Positions 1 to 12,200 of a stretch of DNA of 36,917 nt are shown in pieces. The notes under the pieces were generated by a model that searched no databases, was not told the origin of the DNA, and saw only the letters and a program-made list of their open reading frames with translations. The DNA comes from a virus (taxonomy: Duplodnaviria; Caudoviricetes): the IMG/VR virus record IMGVR_UViG_3300044267_003212, positions 1 through 36,917 of that record. One strand, written 5' to 3'. Each line of letters begins with the position of its first letter. Within the stretch, counting starts at the first letter, position 1. Both the position numbers and the translations under genes were made by a program.

Positions 1-1
1 A

Positions 2-3000
2 AATGACAATTTCATCATCTATCGTAGGTGGTAACAATTTCTTACCATCACCTATTTTCTGTCCATATTCTCTGTACGCTAACCGTATAGTATGTGATTG
101 ACCACGATGGTCTACAAACCTAATACCATAAAATGGGTTTTTACCGATGTTGGCTGGTTTCAATTCATCTGTAGGAATATATGGTGAAGTAGTTGCAGAA
201 AAATCAGTTGTACTGGCCCCAGACCTACCATAAGCATAAGCAAACCTTGGGTTACTAAAATCAGCAGGGAAACCCCATCGTGAACAGTCGGGCCCCCATC
301 CGGGTATACCTGCTTGAGTTATACCGCCAAAATTGATTCTGGCTTTAGCAGTTGTACCTGTGCGTAAACCTTTGACAAGCACTTTGTCTGGATTTTTAGT
401 TTCAAAGGATTCGGCTAAAGTAGTGTTAGAAGTTTTACCAGTTGCAATATCATCACCTTGAGTGCTAATCAAAGTGCCTGTTTGTGCCCAGTCTGAACCC
501 AAATCTAAATTATTAGCAAACCCTTCTTCGACTTGTTCAGGAGGTAACATTTCATTTAATGTGGTTATTGGTGCAAATGGTCTTCCATGTTTACTGATAG
601 GCATAGGAGCAGGGTGCATATTTTCTCCATCCATTTCACTAGGTTGGCACCAGTAATTTCTCATACGACCGCCATGACCAATCAAGAATTGGGGTCTGTA
701 AGCAGATTGCGCTTTGCTACTGTCAAACCATGTACAGAAGTTTCTACCACTTGCTCCGGGCACAGTACTGTGTATGATAACAGAGTATCCTTTGTTACCA
801 TCATTATCTAAAACTACTCTACCTAAATGAGCCCTAACATAACCCATGTGTGTACCTCTATCGTGAACAGCAAACGCCTGCTTTTCATCCCAGAATGGTG
901 ATGGGTCGTGTGTTGAACCACTAGATGAGAAGTCAGCATGTAAGTGAGGGGCAGTGGGGTCTTTCAAACGATTAGTACTACTTTCTTTAACACCAATATT
1001 AGTCAAATCAAATCTTTCACTCTCTCCTAAATATTGGTCAGCAGGTCTTCTAGCATGAGTAAGTCCATTCTTAGCACCTGCTTGATTAATTAATCTAACA
1101 ACTTCTTGGGCCGCTGCTTCTATATCAGTAACCCCTTCTTTCACACCTACCTCCCCTAAATCTATACAAAGCCTTCTTGTAAAATCCATATCAGTCCAAT
1201 GTGGTAAATACTGTAATCTCATTTCTCTGTGTTTTGATAAATCTAATTTATTGTACCTAATACCTTTTAGTGCTAAAAACGCAGGTATGGCTCTAGTACC
1301 ATCTGGAGTATCAAAGAATGTAGAGTTTTCACGATTAGTTGAAACTCCACCATTAATTTCAAGATGTTTTTCTTGAGCAGCAGTCGTGCTAATAGTAGCA
1401 TCGTTAGTCCTAGGGGTGTAGGATTGAGAAACGCCACCAACTAAAGCATATGGTCCGTGACCGTGATTAGTGTAAGTATCTTCAAACGCAGCACCTCTAC
1501 TAGTTCTATCAAAACCGTGAGAATAAGCGGCCTCTATAAATTCAGAATTTTGATTAGCAGAATCGAAGTAAGTGTTTTCGCTTTCGTATCCGGGAGGCAC
1601 ATCTATCTTAGTGACTGCTGCATTGGCAGAATCACTTGTATTATCGTAAAGGCCACCGGGGTTGGGGCCGTTTGTATAACCTATTCTCGTAGCATCGGGT
1701 GATGTTTGCACTTGCATCCATATATCTTGGAAAGCGATGAATTCTCTATCATGGGCTACATCATAAAGCAATACTCTAGTAAACTCCTCAGTAGATTGGT
1801 AAGGGTCGATGTAAGCAACTAATGGTTTATCTCTGTAAGAATATCCTGAAGTTGACCTCTGTTGGTCAGTGGCTAAAGTTGCTTTATGCATCTCTACACT
1901 TTTGTTTACATGTTGAACAAAATTCTGTGCTGTCTCCAAACAACTGTTACCTATCAAAAAGTTCTCTAAGGGTATGCTACTTCTAGGGGCGCTTCCAAAA
2001 CCTCCTTTACCACCATTGAATTCTGTATGCACTAAATTCTCATTAAGCACTCCTCTACTTTTACAGAAGTATCCCTCTATCGCATGTGGGTTGGTATAGT
2101 GCATATTCATCCAAACTGTGTCACCATACCGAAGACCACCCGGAGCGTAGGGGTTAGCCCAAGCCCGATTTAAGAAACCAAGTTCTTTGAAATTAGTTGG
2201 CTCGCTCAGTGATGTAGGGAATGAAGTACTAGATAGTGCTGAACGACTATAAAAATCATTGACAATTATTTCAGCACCTACACTTGGGATGTTAGAACTA
2301 GTCCAATCTCCTGCATCAGACAGATTGATTACATTTCCAGAACGTGAAGCATAGTAAGCATACCTAGCAGTAGAACCACTTTGGTCGTACCTTATCCTAA
2401 TTTCATACTGGTTAGTAGTACCTGATAGTGGGTAATTAGATGCGTCCTCTAATACTATTGTAGGACCATATGTAACAGTTACTGTAGCAGTAGAGCCTGT
2501 AACCGCAGCAGATAATGTGAAAGTAGTAGCACTATCTATGCTTGCTATGGTGGCTCCCGCAGGTATACTTGCATGAGATAATTGCATCCCAACAATCAGA
2601 GTATCTGTACTGCTAACAGTAACTGTAGTACCACCATTCGTTAAAGCAGATGAAAGTGTAAAAGAAGAAAATGATATTAGTTTAGTCTTAGGTAAACCAG
2701 ATTGTATTCTGTCTAAATGAGGGTTTACTGTAGGCCCTGCTCTAAACTCTACTGCTGATACATACTGTCTCATGCCGTAATCTACGTTACCACCTTGAGT
2801 CATCATATTGGCTCTATCATAGTAGTAAGGGCGCCTACCTTCATAACCTGCACTTTTGAGTAATGGGTTGTCAGATATAGATTCATGGCGATAAATCTGA
2901 GTTGCTGGAGCAGGTGATAATAGCGCACCTACTTCTAAATCCCTCAAGAAGTTTCTAGAAAATGTGTTATCATTATAATTAGAAGACCCTGCTCCCCAAA

Positions 3001-6000
3001 CTTGTAAATAATGTCCGTTAGATGTACCTGTATTTACCTCAGAATACAACACCCACTCACCATTTGGTAAGTATGCTCTTCTTGGTCTTATGCTACCTGA
3101 TATACCTGCTACAGTAGCAGAACTAACTTGTGGGTCTGGGAATATGTGACCATGTTCTACAAACACTCGCCTATTACTAGTGTCGTAAGGTTTGGTTACT
3201 TTTGTACCTGTGCTGTGACTTTGGTTGTTTATTGTGTAAGAATATGCACTATTTATCTCTGGGTCTTGTGGCGACAATGATTCTGCCCTTCTACCTACTG
3301 GGTTAGGTGCCCATGTATGTGCTGTGTAAGTAGCGTCTACATGCAATTTCATACTGTTGTCAGGTCCGGGGAATATACCTTTTTCTAAATTATCAAAGAA
3401 AAATTCTTCAAACAATGGGATTTCTACCATTGCACGAGTGCTAGCATATTGCGTGCCAAGTTGATAATCGTGCTGAACACTATTCAGTGATTGGAATAAT
3501 CTATCATTAATCGTGGTGCCATCAGAACATATGTTATCATGATTAAATTTGTCATCTATTTGTAAAACAGAACCTTGTACTAAACCTGTGGTGCTCGCCC
3601 AATCCGCCAGTGAGTCAGCATCTGAACCATCTGCTAATTTGAATATACCTTTTCCTAAATGCCCAGTGCCTGCCGTAATTGTGAATACGTTACCTGTTCT
3701 AGAAGTGTAGGCTACAGAAGCAAATTTAGCAACGGGGTCGGTTTTAGAAACGTCTTCTCCATTAGCCTGTACTTGATTGAAGTAAAGTCTACCAACTTTG
3801 GGGAAACCGTAAGCACCCCATGATGATAGTGCCTCGCTATTATTGTTGAGTGGGTTAACAGTAATTGTAGCAACTGAACCACTAACTATACCAACTACTT
3901 GTGTAGAGTTATCACGTCTAGTGTTCCAACCTAATCTTGACAAAGAAGACGGGTCCCAAGTTTCTTTTGTGTTTATAGCCCCTTGACCGGCGCCTCCTAA
4001 AGTCACTGTTACTACTGGTGCTCCCGGTAGTATCTCTTTTACAATATGAGAATCTGTTGAACCAGATGCTTCCAAATTAATTGAAGTACCTGCTATATCA
4101 CTATTGATACCTTGACAAATCATGGTAACAGCGGATTGATTCTCACTACCAAATGACAATACTCTACCTTTTGACATCATGTAGTTTACTATCGCTTTGT
4201 CATTAACATCTACTTTGTTCAGTTGAGTGTGTTGTTGCCTGTTGTTAGGCTGAACAATCACTCTGTAAGTGGAGCCCTGTACACTAGCGTCTATGATATC
4301 TAAATCAACATGCACACCGCCCTTTTGGTTCGGTGGTGGTAAAGGTACAACAAAAGGTGAGTTGTATAACTCTTCTTTACCATTTATAGCAGACAAAGAA
4401 CCAGAAGCCAGAGTGATAAGATTGTGTCCGACACTAGCGACTACACCTAGTTGACTATGATTACCACCATGATAAACAGTAGTTCCTGCTGGGAAATGAG
4501 ATATCGCACTTTCTCCATAAACTGGTATTTGAGTTTGACCAAGTTCTATACCCCCACAGTCCCCACTTACAAACACTCCTGTTGAATAATCGATTACTGT
4601 AGATGGTGCTCTTTCTTTACGCTTTTCAAAATCTACAAGAGCATCACTCTCGTCTATTTTGAACTTTGTACCATCGACTACTTCCCCTTGTCTACCTACC
4701 ACTAGTTTGTGAAAAGTAGATACGTGTTTAGCATCGTCATTGTAATTCGCTAATATACCAGTAGGGTTAGATTGTCCGGGGTCAGAGGAATGTATAGGCG
4801 CATATTTACTTGGTAATTGAGTAGTATCGATAGCGTCCTGACCATCTGCCTCGTAATCAAAACCACCAGAGTCATCACCGACTAAATCACTCGGGTCTAA
4901 ACCAAATGTAGATTCTACTTCAAAGTCAATGATGCCTCCGGGAGAGTTGACCACTGTACCATTGACAGACAAATCTTCGTGTATTACGTCTATGATTTGT
5001 TTACCCGAAGGTAGGGTCGTGCTCACATCTGGCACTGTCTTCTCAATCAAAAGCACTGGGCCCACAAGCCTGTTGTGAACAATAGCGCCAGAAACAGCCT
5101 TTGTTTTAAAATCAGAATCTAAGTCTGATGATGCGAATGACCCACCCGGAAGTGAAAAAGTCAACCTATTGTTAGAATGGCTGATTGTAACAATAGCAGC
5201 ACTACCAGCAGGAACAGCGCTTGTACCGTCTATTACAATATTTTCAGCAAGAATAGTGTCTCCATCTTGACCAAACCCTTTCACACTTGTGCATGTCAAG
5301 TAAACATTAGACGCTATACTAGCAGTCAGTCTGGTGGTGGCAGCAAATTCTATAGTTGAACCTGTCATATCTATTGCATTGTAATGTAATTCTACAAACG
5401 GCACGAACCCTTCACTTTCTAAACTAGGTACTTCTAGCACTGCTATTCTAGATTCTGAAATAGGAGTCAAGTGCTTGATGTAAGATTTAGAATTAACATC
5501 ATCATCAATCATGTCTATATTTTGACCATTCGTGCTTTTCAACAAAAACGGTGTAGGGTCAAACCTGAGTAAACCTGAGACCCCACCTATGGCTAGCAAC
5601 GCTCTGGAAGCATCAGATAAACCAGCCATGCCGTTTTCTACAGCAGTAAAACATTGTGAAGAATTAGTAACATTGATAATATTTTGTGGGTTTTTTGTAT
5701 CATAAAGAGATACTTGTGAGTTAATTGCTATCTGGTCTTTGACGTTAGAGTAATGGTCAGGAAACTGTACATCAAATACATCAGATATACCATCTACTTT
5801 TTGAGTTAAAGTTTCGTAAGATGGGTCTGGTAATCTACCCATAAAAGAATGACTTTTTACGTGGTTTAAGAAATGCCTACCAGTGTGCCCTATCAGTAGT
5901 TTTTCATCTACACCAGTAGCAATATCTACAGAGTATTGGTTAGAATTCTTTTCTAATTCTCCTAATTTACCAGTATGGGTGTTAGTAGCCATACTCAAAG

Positions 6001-7336
6001 ATGTGACTATACCATGGTTTTCAAAAGAACTTTCATCAATCACTACTTGACCAGTTCTATAGGCAAACTGTGTGGCAGTGCCTGCTAATTGATATGGTTC
6101 ACCAGTCCCATTGTCAACGAGACAATCTCCCATAACTAGCACTGCTTCAGACGTAATGCTACGAGTGTGTATCAAACCTCTTCTACCATTGGTGGCATTA
6201 GCAGTATAATCTAAGTGTATACTTTCTACAGTGATATTACCACTAGTCACTACCTGTGTTACTCTGACTCTTTCTGGTGGTAGATTATTTGGCTTACCAG
6301 TTGTGCGGTCATACACTACTGGATTGATAAGTAAATTGTAAGGAACATGTGGTATAGATACGGTAGTGTTAGAACTTTCAGTATACCTATCTACTTTGTA
6401 ACTACCAGTAGAATAAGGAGAAGCAGTCAAATCTAAAGTGACTGTGCCGCTGGCAGTGTTACCTGTTATTGTTTTGTAAAGAGCCGCAGCAGCAGTTGCG
6501 CCGATATTAATTGTAGAAGCACTAGTACTAGCAGACACTGTAGGTATTGTAATGACTGAATCTACAGGAGAAACAGGCTCTCTAAATCTCCAAAGACCAA
6601 GAGTGGAATCGCTACTAAGAGGCGCACAGGGGTCAGTAGCAATATCAGATGCTCCTCTCGACCAATGTATTGTTTCTATAATTCCTCTAAACTCTCCCCC
6701 TCTACCACCTAAAAATATTCTACCACTATCGATTGACAACTGGTGGGCCTCTTGGAATTTACGACTTGCTACAATGTCTCCATTGACATACATTGTCAAT
6801 TTTTTACCTGTAAATTTAACAACAATCTGTAACAACTCACGATGTCCTAAAGTTAATGCAGATACGTTTTGAGTACCACCTGTATATGAGCGGTGAGAAC
6901 CCATAGCAGACATTGTATCGCTTGGATAAACTAAACCGTCCCAACCTGATATATCACCATCTCTATTTATTCTAGGGGATGCAGTGCTGATAGTTTCCTT
7001 GTAAGATTCTCCACCGTCAACAGACCTCAAAGATATGTCTAACGCTAACGGCCCAACTGTGGTTGGATTACCTATAGATAATTTCAACAAATTTTCGTAT
7101 TCAAAAACCACTCCACCTTGGTCAGGTATTACCCACGCTTCTATAGTGAAGTCATTGATTGTCAGGGTGTTGTTAGTGTTTACTTCAGATTGCTCTAAGT
7201 TTTGAATATGTGAAAAGGATTTACCACCCTGTGGTAGATTTTTACCAGTCTTAGCAAAAATACCATTTGGTATCACGACTGCATCGCTAACGCCATTGAA
7301 GAACATGGCGTGACCTGCATCTGTGATAACTGTCAT
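2..7336 (-). CDS. Giant tail/baseplate or receptor-binding protein, 3'-partial (at least 2,445 aa), with an N-terminal LamG/ConA-like domain
   Basis: Not in the ORF track because no stop occurs inside the window. ATG at 7336 follows GAGGGA. Hand translation gives MTVITDAGHAMFFNGVSDAVVIP..DFTIEAWVIPDQGG..LTMYVNGDIVAS..IFLGGRGGEFRGIIETIHW..TLGLWRF (LamG signatures). The same frame still reads sensibly at ~2700, ~1140 and at the window edge (..RLAYREYGQKIGDGKKLLPPTIDDEIVI). Confidence 0.85.
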   Translation of the reverse strand, partial: MTVITDAGHAMFFNGVSDAVVIPNGIFAKTGKNLPQGGKSFSHIQNLEQSEVNTNNTLTINDFTIEAWVIPDQGGVVFEYENLLKLSIGNPTTVGPLALDISLRSVDGGESYKETISTASPRINRDGDISGWDGLVYPSDTMSAMGSHRSYTGGTQNVSALTLGHRELLQIVVKFTGKKLTMYVNGDIVASRKFQEAHQLSIDSGRIFLGGRGGEFRGIIETIHWSRGASDIATDPCAPLSSDSTLGLWRFREPVSPVDSVITIPTVSASTSASTINIGATAAAALYKTITGNTASGTVTLDLTASPYSTGSYKVDRYTESSNTTVSIPHVPYNLLINPVVYDRTTGKPNNLPPERVRVTQVVTSGNITVESIHLDYTANATNGRRGLIHTRSITSEAVLVMGDCLVDNGTGEPYQLAGTATQFAYRTGQVVIDESSFENHGIVTSLSMATNTHTGKLGELEKNSNQYSVDIATGVDEKLLIGHTGRHFLNHVKSHSFMGRLPDPSYETLTQKVDGISDVFDVQFPDHYSNVKDQIAINSQVSLYDTKNPQNIINVTNSSQCFTAVENGMAGLSDASRALLAIGGVSGLLRFDPTPFLLKSTNGQNIDMIDDDVNSKSYIKHLTPISESRIAVLEVPSLESEGFVPFVELHYNAIDMTGSTIEFAATTRLTASIASNVYLTCTSVKGFGQDGDTILAENIVIDGTSAVPAGSAAIVTISHSNNRLTFSLPGGSFASSDLDSDFKTKAVSGAIVHNRLVGPVLLIEKTVPDVSTTLPSGKQIIDVIHEDLSVNGTVVNSPGGIIDFEVESTFGLDPSDLVGDDSGGFDYEADGQDAIDTTQLPSKYAPIHSSDPGQSNPTGILANYNDDAKHVSTFHKLVVGRQGEVVDGTKFKIDESDALVDFEKRKERAPSTVIDYSTGVFVSGDCGGIELGQTQIPVYGESAISHFPAGTTVYHGGNHSQLGVVASVGHNLITLASGSLSAINGKEELYNSPFVVPLPPPNQKGGVHVDLDIIDASVQGSTYRVIVQPNNRQQHTQLNKVDVNDKAIVNYMMSKGRVLSFGSENQSAVTMICQGINSDIAGTSINLEASGSTDSHIVKEILPGAPVVTVTLGGAGQGAINTKETWDPSSLSRLGWNTRRDNSTQVVGIVSGSVATITVNPLNNNSEALSSWGAYGFPKVGRLYFNQVQANGEDVSKTDPVAKFASVAYTSRTGNVFTITAGTGHLGKGIFKLADGSDADSLADWASTTGLVQGSVLQIDDKFNHDNICSDGTTINDRLFQSLNSVQHDYQLGTQYASTRAMVEIPLFEEFFFDNLEKGIFPGPDNSMKLHVDATYTAHTWAPNPVGRRAESLSPQDPEINSAYSYTINNQSHSTGTKVTKPYDTSNRRVFVEHGHIFPDPQVSSATVAGISGSIRPRRAYLPNGEWVLYSEVNTGTSNGHYLQVWGAGSSNYNDNTFSRNFLRDLEVGALLSPAPATQIYRHESISDNPLLKSAGYEGRRPYYYDRANMMTQGGNVDYGMRQYVSAVEFRAGPTVNPHLDRIQSGLPKTKLISFSSFTLSSALTNGGTTVTVSSTDTLIVGMQLSHASIPAGATIASIDSATTFTLSAAVTGSTATVTVTYGPTIVLEDASNYPLSGTTNQYEIRIRYDQSGSTARYAYYASRSGNVINLSDAGDWTSSNIPSVGAEIIVNDFYSRSALSSTSFPTSLSEPTNFKELGFLNRAWANPYAPGGLRYGDTVWMNMHYTNPHAIEGYFCKSRGVLNENLVHTEFNGGKGGFGSAPRSSIPLENFLIGNSCLETAQNFVQHVNKSVEMHKATLATDQQRSTSGYSYRDKPLVAYIDPYQSTEEFTRVLLYDVAHDREFIAFQDIWMQVQTSPDATRIGYTNGPNPGGLYDNTSDSANAAVTKIDVPPGYESENTYFDSANQNSEFIEAAYSHGFDRTSRGAAFEDTYTNHGHGPYALVGGVSQSYTPRTNDATISTTAAQEKHLEINGGVSTNRENSTFFDTPDGTRAIPAFLALKGIRYNKLDLSKHREMRLQYLPHWTDMDFTRRLCIDLGEVGVKEGVTDIEAAAQEVVRLINQAGAKNGLTHARRPADQYLGESERFDLTNIGVKESSTNRLKDPTAPHLHADFSSSGSTHDPSPFWDEKQAFAVHDRGTHMGYVRAHLGRVVLDNDGNKGYSVIIHSTVPGASGRNFCTWFDSSKAQSAYRPQFLIGHGGRMRNYWCQPSEMDGENMHPAPMPISKHGRPFAPITTLNEMLPPEQVEEGFANNLDLGSDWAQTGTLISTQGDDIATGKTSNTTLAESFETKNPDKVLVKGLRTGTTAKARINFGGITQAGIPGWGPDCSRWGFPADFSNPRFAYAYGRSGASTTDFSATTSPYIPTDELKPANIGKNPFYGIRFVDHRGQSHTIRLAYREYGQKIGDGKKLLPPTIDDEIVI

Positions 7337-7346
7337 TTGTATTCCC

Positions 7347-9284
7347 TCATGGTGCTATTTTATTATGTATTACTGCTAAAAGCATGTTAAATGTATATTC
7401 AGTGTTACCAGCGTCATAACTGTATTCAAACTTACTAGGTACAACTCGTATCCCACCAGTGTTGCCCATGCGGGAAGTCGTTAAGGCGATTTCTACGTCT
7501 TCCCACAAATTGCGTATTGAGTTGACAACACTATTGATACCTTCACCTATACCAGCCATACCCATCTCGCCCATCAAATCTGTAAAAAAATTACCTTCGT
7601 CTCTCTCATCTTCCGATAAATCTTGAACATCAGCAGGCACTACATCCATGATTTCAGATGCAGGACGAGTATTGTCGTCAGATAGTTTTTGCTTCGCATC
7701 AACTGAACCAAAGGTCAAGAAGAAGTTTCTTGTTTCAGCACTAACACCGCTCGCAGATATTAGACTCTGATATGGTATCTGTATACCCACAATTTCACTG
7801 TCCGCTCCAACAGGAGAATTAGCAAATATACCTAGTAAATCTTGTACTTTGTCTCCAGCAGACTGTGGGCCTGACGCCTCTTCATCTACATTATAACCTC
7901 CTTGAAATTTGAAATTTAAGTTGGACGCCATCAATAACTGGCGTCTGTAACTATTACTACCGTTGAAATATTCACCAAAAACAACATCTAAACCACCAGT
8001 GCCAAAAGTACCTGTATAACTTGGAAGATGAGGGGCATAGAAATCGGCTGGTGTGACACGAGGTATGCTGTTCTTAGTTTGTGGATAAAATACTTTGACT
8101 ATGTGTGCAGCATTAGGGTCAACACTTTGCCTGTTACCAGTGTCTACACTAGTGACCACAACTGCGCTGGCACGTGTAGAATCTACTGCTGCTGTAAAGG
8201 CATCAACCACTCTACTACCTCCACCACTAGCAACGGGTAAAGTAGAAACTGCTAGCGTACTGTTGATAGCATTTTCAATGGCTTTGGCTAAAGATGCAGC
8301 AGGGCTAGCAACTGCCCCAAAACCGCCCGGGTTTTCTGTTATTTCTGGATTAGTGAAAAGACCCTTGATAGGTATGACGATTGTAGGTAAGCCTTTTTTC
8401 TCGGGCTCTGAACCAGACACAAAACTAGGATTTACAGGACTACCTAATGTAGAGAATTCAGAAACTGAATTAGCGTCAAATTTGAAAAATATTGGAATGT
8501 TATCGGCGGGTAAGTTATGGTTTTGACCTTTAGTCCAAGCAAACGGTACAAGTTTAAAGCCAGTACCGTGCAAAAATGTTTCAGGATTGAAATAAGATAA
8601 TCTATTACCATGTTGGAAAAATGGTACATCTGTGCTTCTATTTGTAACACTGTTGCCAGTCCCATTAAGCACCAATGTTGAATAAAGTGCCCCATGCGGA
8701 TTAGCCACACTAGTGCTCAACACAGTTCCTAATTCTTCAAAATTATTACTTAGATTGTATACTTTATCACCATCATTGAATACAGCGCTTACTTTAGAAG
8801 ACGGGTGATATGCTTGTACTCTGCTAGAGATAGCACCAGTTGGAACTGGGTCACTTACTGAAACAGTGTTAAAGGGGTTCATAGGCCCAGTAGGAAATGC
8901 TGTCCAACTACTAGATACATATGCTAACGCAGTAATGTGCGTTGTAGCCGCTGCCATTATACTTGCTATACGGTTAGCCTCTTCTACAAAATTTACACTA
9001 TTCCTGCTTATGACTCTTGGAAAAATATGGTCACAATAGAATATAGCCGAATCAGATTTACTTTTAGGTGGTTGACTCATATCGTCATCAGAAAGCACTC
9101 CTCTTATTTGCACTAAAGTTTGAGGTAAGTTAAAATCCAAACCAACCTTTAATGCAGTATTCACGGGTAAAGCAAACGAAGATATGTTTCTGTTAGTGGT
9201 GATAGACAAGTCTGTAACATCGAGGAACATAGGTGCAAACGTAGCACCACCAGTTCTACGAATCAATTTAGTCCTTATACCCAT
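7347..9284 (-). CDS. Distal tail (Dit)/tube-initiator-like protein with insertions, paralogue 2 (645 aa)
   Basis: Lies after the TMP slot. Shares N- and C-terminal blocks with 9289..13026 (VGLDFNLP..I.GV..DD; SAGDKVQDLLG; GIQIPY; RNFFLTFGS; YTFNMLL). Confidence 0.6.
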   Translation of the reverse strand: MGIRTKLIRRTGGATFAPMFLDVTDLSITTNRNISSFALPVNTALKVGLDFNLPQTLVQIRGVLSDDDMSQPPKSKSDSAIFYCDHIFPRVISRNSVNFVEEANRIASIMAAATTHITALAYVSSSWTAFPTGPMNPFNTVSVSDPVPTGAISSRVQAYHPSSKVSAVFNDGDKVYNLSNNFEELGTVLSTSVANPHGALYSTLVLNGTGNSVTNRSTDVPFFQHGNRLSYFNPETFLHGTGFKLVPFAWTKGQNHNLPADNIPIFFKFDANSVSEFSTLGSPVNPSFVSGSEPEKKGLPTIVIPIKGLFTNPEITENPGGFGAVASPAASLAKAIENAINSTLAVSTLPVASGGGSRVVDAFTAAVDSTRASAVVVTSVDTGNRQSVDPNAAHIVKVFYPQTKNSIPRVTPADFYAPHLPSYTGTFGTGGLDVVFGEYFNGSNSYRRQLLMASNLNFKFQGGYNVDEEASGPQSAGDKVQDLLGIFANSPVGADSEIVGIQIPYQSLISASGVSAETRNFFLTFGSVDAKQKLSDDNTRPASEIMDVVPADVQDLSEDERDEGNFFTDLMGEMGMAGIGEGINSVVNSIRNLWEDVEIALTTSRMGNTGGIRVVPSKFEYSYDAGNTEYTFNMLLAVIHNKIAP

Positions 9285-9288
9285 ATTA

Positions 9289-12200
9289 TCACACCAAATA
9301 ATCTATTGCAGTCAACACCATATCAAATTCATACAATCTGGCTTCTGCGTTAAACCTCACATCTAATTTGTCCAAGGCTACGGCCATACCACTCATCTCT
9401 GGACCATTTTCATCAAAGTCCATGGGAGTAGATGCGTGAACATTATTGTTACCAGCATTCAATTGATTGAAATCTTTTGAGCCATAAGTAATGTAAAAAT
9501 TACGTTGTTCTCTCATATAATTATCATCTAACAGTTTCTTCAAATTACCACTACTACGGTGCATGTAAGCGTTGCTTGACGTGTTGACGGCTATTACTAT
9601 CTCTCTTTCACTTACTACACTAGTAACAGTATGAGAGCCATTTAGGTCTGTCGATATAGTAGCGTTAGGTAAATTTATTCTAAAATTAGATATCTGTATT
9701 TGGTCACCTACAGACAAATTGTGAAACTCATTAGTAACTATATGTGTGTTGCTACTGTCCGACCTTGCTCTGCTGATAGTCAAAGTATCGGTCCTTAAAG
9801 CAGATTTAGTAGAGTAAGACGTGTAAGGTATCTGTATACCTCTGATATAGTCTTTAGTACCCACACCAGTACCAATACCTGTGGTTTCCAAAATTTTATC
9901 AGCACCTTCTATCAAATCTTGAGCAAAAGAGCCTAATGTGCTACTTGTTGGTATACGCCTATCACCAAAGTTTTGCATATTAGCAGCCAACCCAATGAGG
10001 TCTTGTGCCTTGTCACCAGCAGATTTTACTTTTGATGATGCTCTGCCACCTGTGAAGTTTTTCACAATTGCCCCAACACCTTCTATGTTATTATTGATGT
10101 CACGCAAATCTTCTCCGTTTGACCCGGGAGTCAATTTGCCTACTGTTTTTTGAGTAATAATTACTCTACCAGTACCCCTTACCTCAGTAGAAAATCCCTT
10201 GTCTAAGGTTACCTCTGGAGTAAAAAGTGTGGCGCCTACCTCTGGTGTATTAGTAGTAACGTTGAGCACAATCTGTGTGGCTGTTATAGATTCTGCTACG
10301 CCCACAAAAGTATCACCTGCATACACTTGACTACCTTTTTGAAATAAATCTTTGAAACTTACAGTTACACTGTTCGTAGTAATCGTTCTAGTAGCAGAAT
10401 CAAATGAACTCACTGTTCTACCTAAATTTACAAATTTGTCACTAACAGGATTGTTACCAATCTTAGCAGTATTGAAATAAAATTCATTAGCAGTATCTGT
10501 TTCACCAGACAAAGTTATTGCGTCAGCCACTTTACGAGCCATATATTCTATGGGATTAGTAGCACCCTTGAAAGAACCAATACCAGTATTAGCGTCATAA
10601 ACTGGTCCCGGATTCATCAAATCATATATTGGGATGGCTACAACAGAAGTTGTATTATTTTGTAAACTTCTTGAGCCGCCGCTGCTCATGCTATCACACC
10701 ACACACTATAACCTTGGAATACAAAATCATCTACTTCTGATGAGTCTTCTAATTCAGCACTAATTTTGGGTTTAAATTTAGTACGATAAGAATACTGACT
10801 TTCTCTTAGAATCCATATGTATTTGTAAGTGCTATCAAAAGTAGTTGGATAATTTTCAAAACCAGTGTTATTCAGACTTTGCCAATCAGAACTATCCACG
10901 GTGATTGTGGTGTTTGTCCAACTTTGCAATTTTCCTAACATTCTCAAATTAGGCAAATCGTAATTACCAAAAGCAGTAAAGTCAGAAACTAAATCAAACT
11001 GACTTTTGGACGCCACAAGAACGTATGGTTCAGCAGGGTCAGTTTCAGTGAATACTTTGTATGGTCCGTCATAAGTACCAGAACCATAACCAGTTACGTT
11101 CAGAACCTTAGTACTAGTTGTTTGGCTGGCTATACCTGTTATCTCTAGTGGTGTGCAAACTGATTTCAAAACATATCCATTTGGTTCATAGTGGGTGGCT
11201 TTCTTACTGGCATCGAAAACAAAACGAAGTGTATGGTTGCCTACTGTTGGAGCAGTGCCTGCAACATCCATCAATGAGTTTTCACTATCAGCACTTGGGC
11301 TTATACCCCATTTATTCAACAAGTATGCTTCTACTTCATGAACTTCTGAATCAGTTAACGCTCTAGGATAGATAATTAATTCTGCTAACTTCCCATGAAA
11401 CTTAGGAGCAAAGTCTCCACTTGTAGATGCAGCGATACCACCCGCAACAGATTCTCCACCTATCCTTGTTACTTTGTGACGAACTACAGACATACCAGAT
11501 GCGCCCGCTTCTGTCAAAGATACTTCAGTGATAACTTTACCACTTGTATTTTTATTGGTGTTAGTACTAGTGGGCTCTATTGTAACAAAGGCCCCAGATG
11601 CGGTGGCCAATAAATCAGAATTTGCGTTGATAACTGCCGCTATGTTACTAGCAGTTTGATTGTTACTAGTTTCTGCTGCCCATGTACCAGCACCTGTATC
11701 TTGTGAACCACCTGTAAATGTCTTTGTAGAACCACTAACTATGACTGTGATTACATCACCAGCGTTAAGATTAGCATAATTAGTAATCTCAATGACACTG
11801 GCTACAGGTACATCATTGATTTCTCTATCACCATCATCAATTCCTCCTACACTAGTTTTTTCATCTCTGTTACCAGAGTTTTGTTTGAATGCTACAATCT
11901 TCGCATCGTGGTCACCGACCGACTCTAGTCTAAACCCAAACACACCAAATTCTGAACCAATCGGCATCTCTTTGAAAACACTCTTGTGACCAAAACTAGA
12001 ATCGTCTCTACCTGTAACCGCATCAGCATCACCACCATCTCCTTCTTGAGCATAGTATGTGTACCCCATGTGTGTTTCACCACCCACACTAGAAGTATTA
12101 CTGCGTTGTAAAACCCATCCACTAGATTGGAAAGGAGTTGCAGTTTGAGAACCGTTATCTATGATTATATCTCCTAGGTCCATGGTATACTCCATATTCA

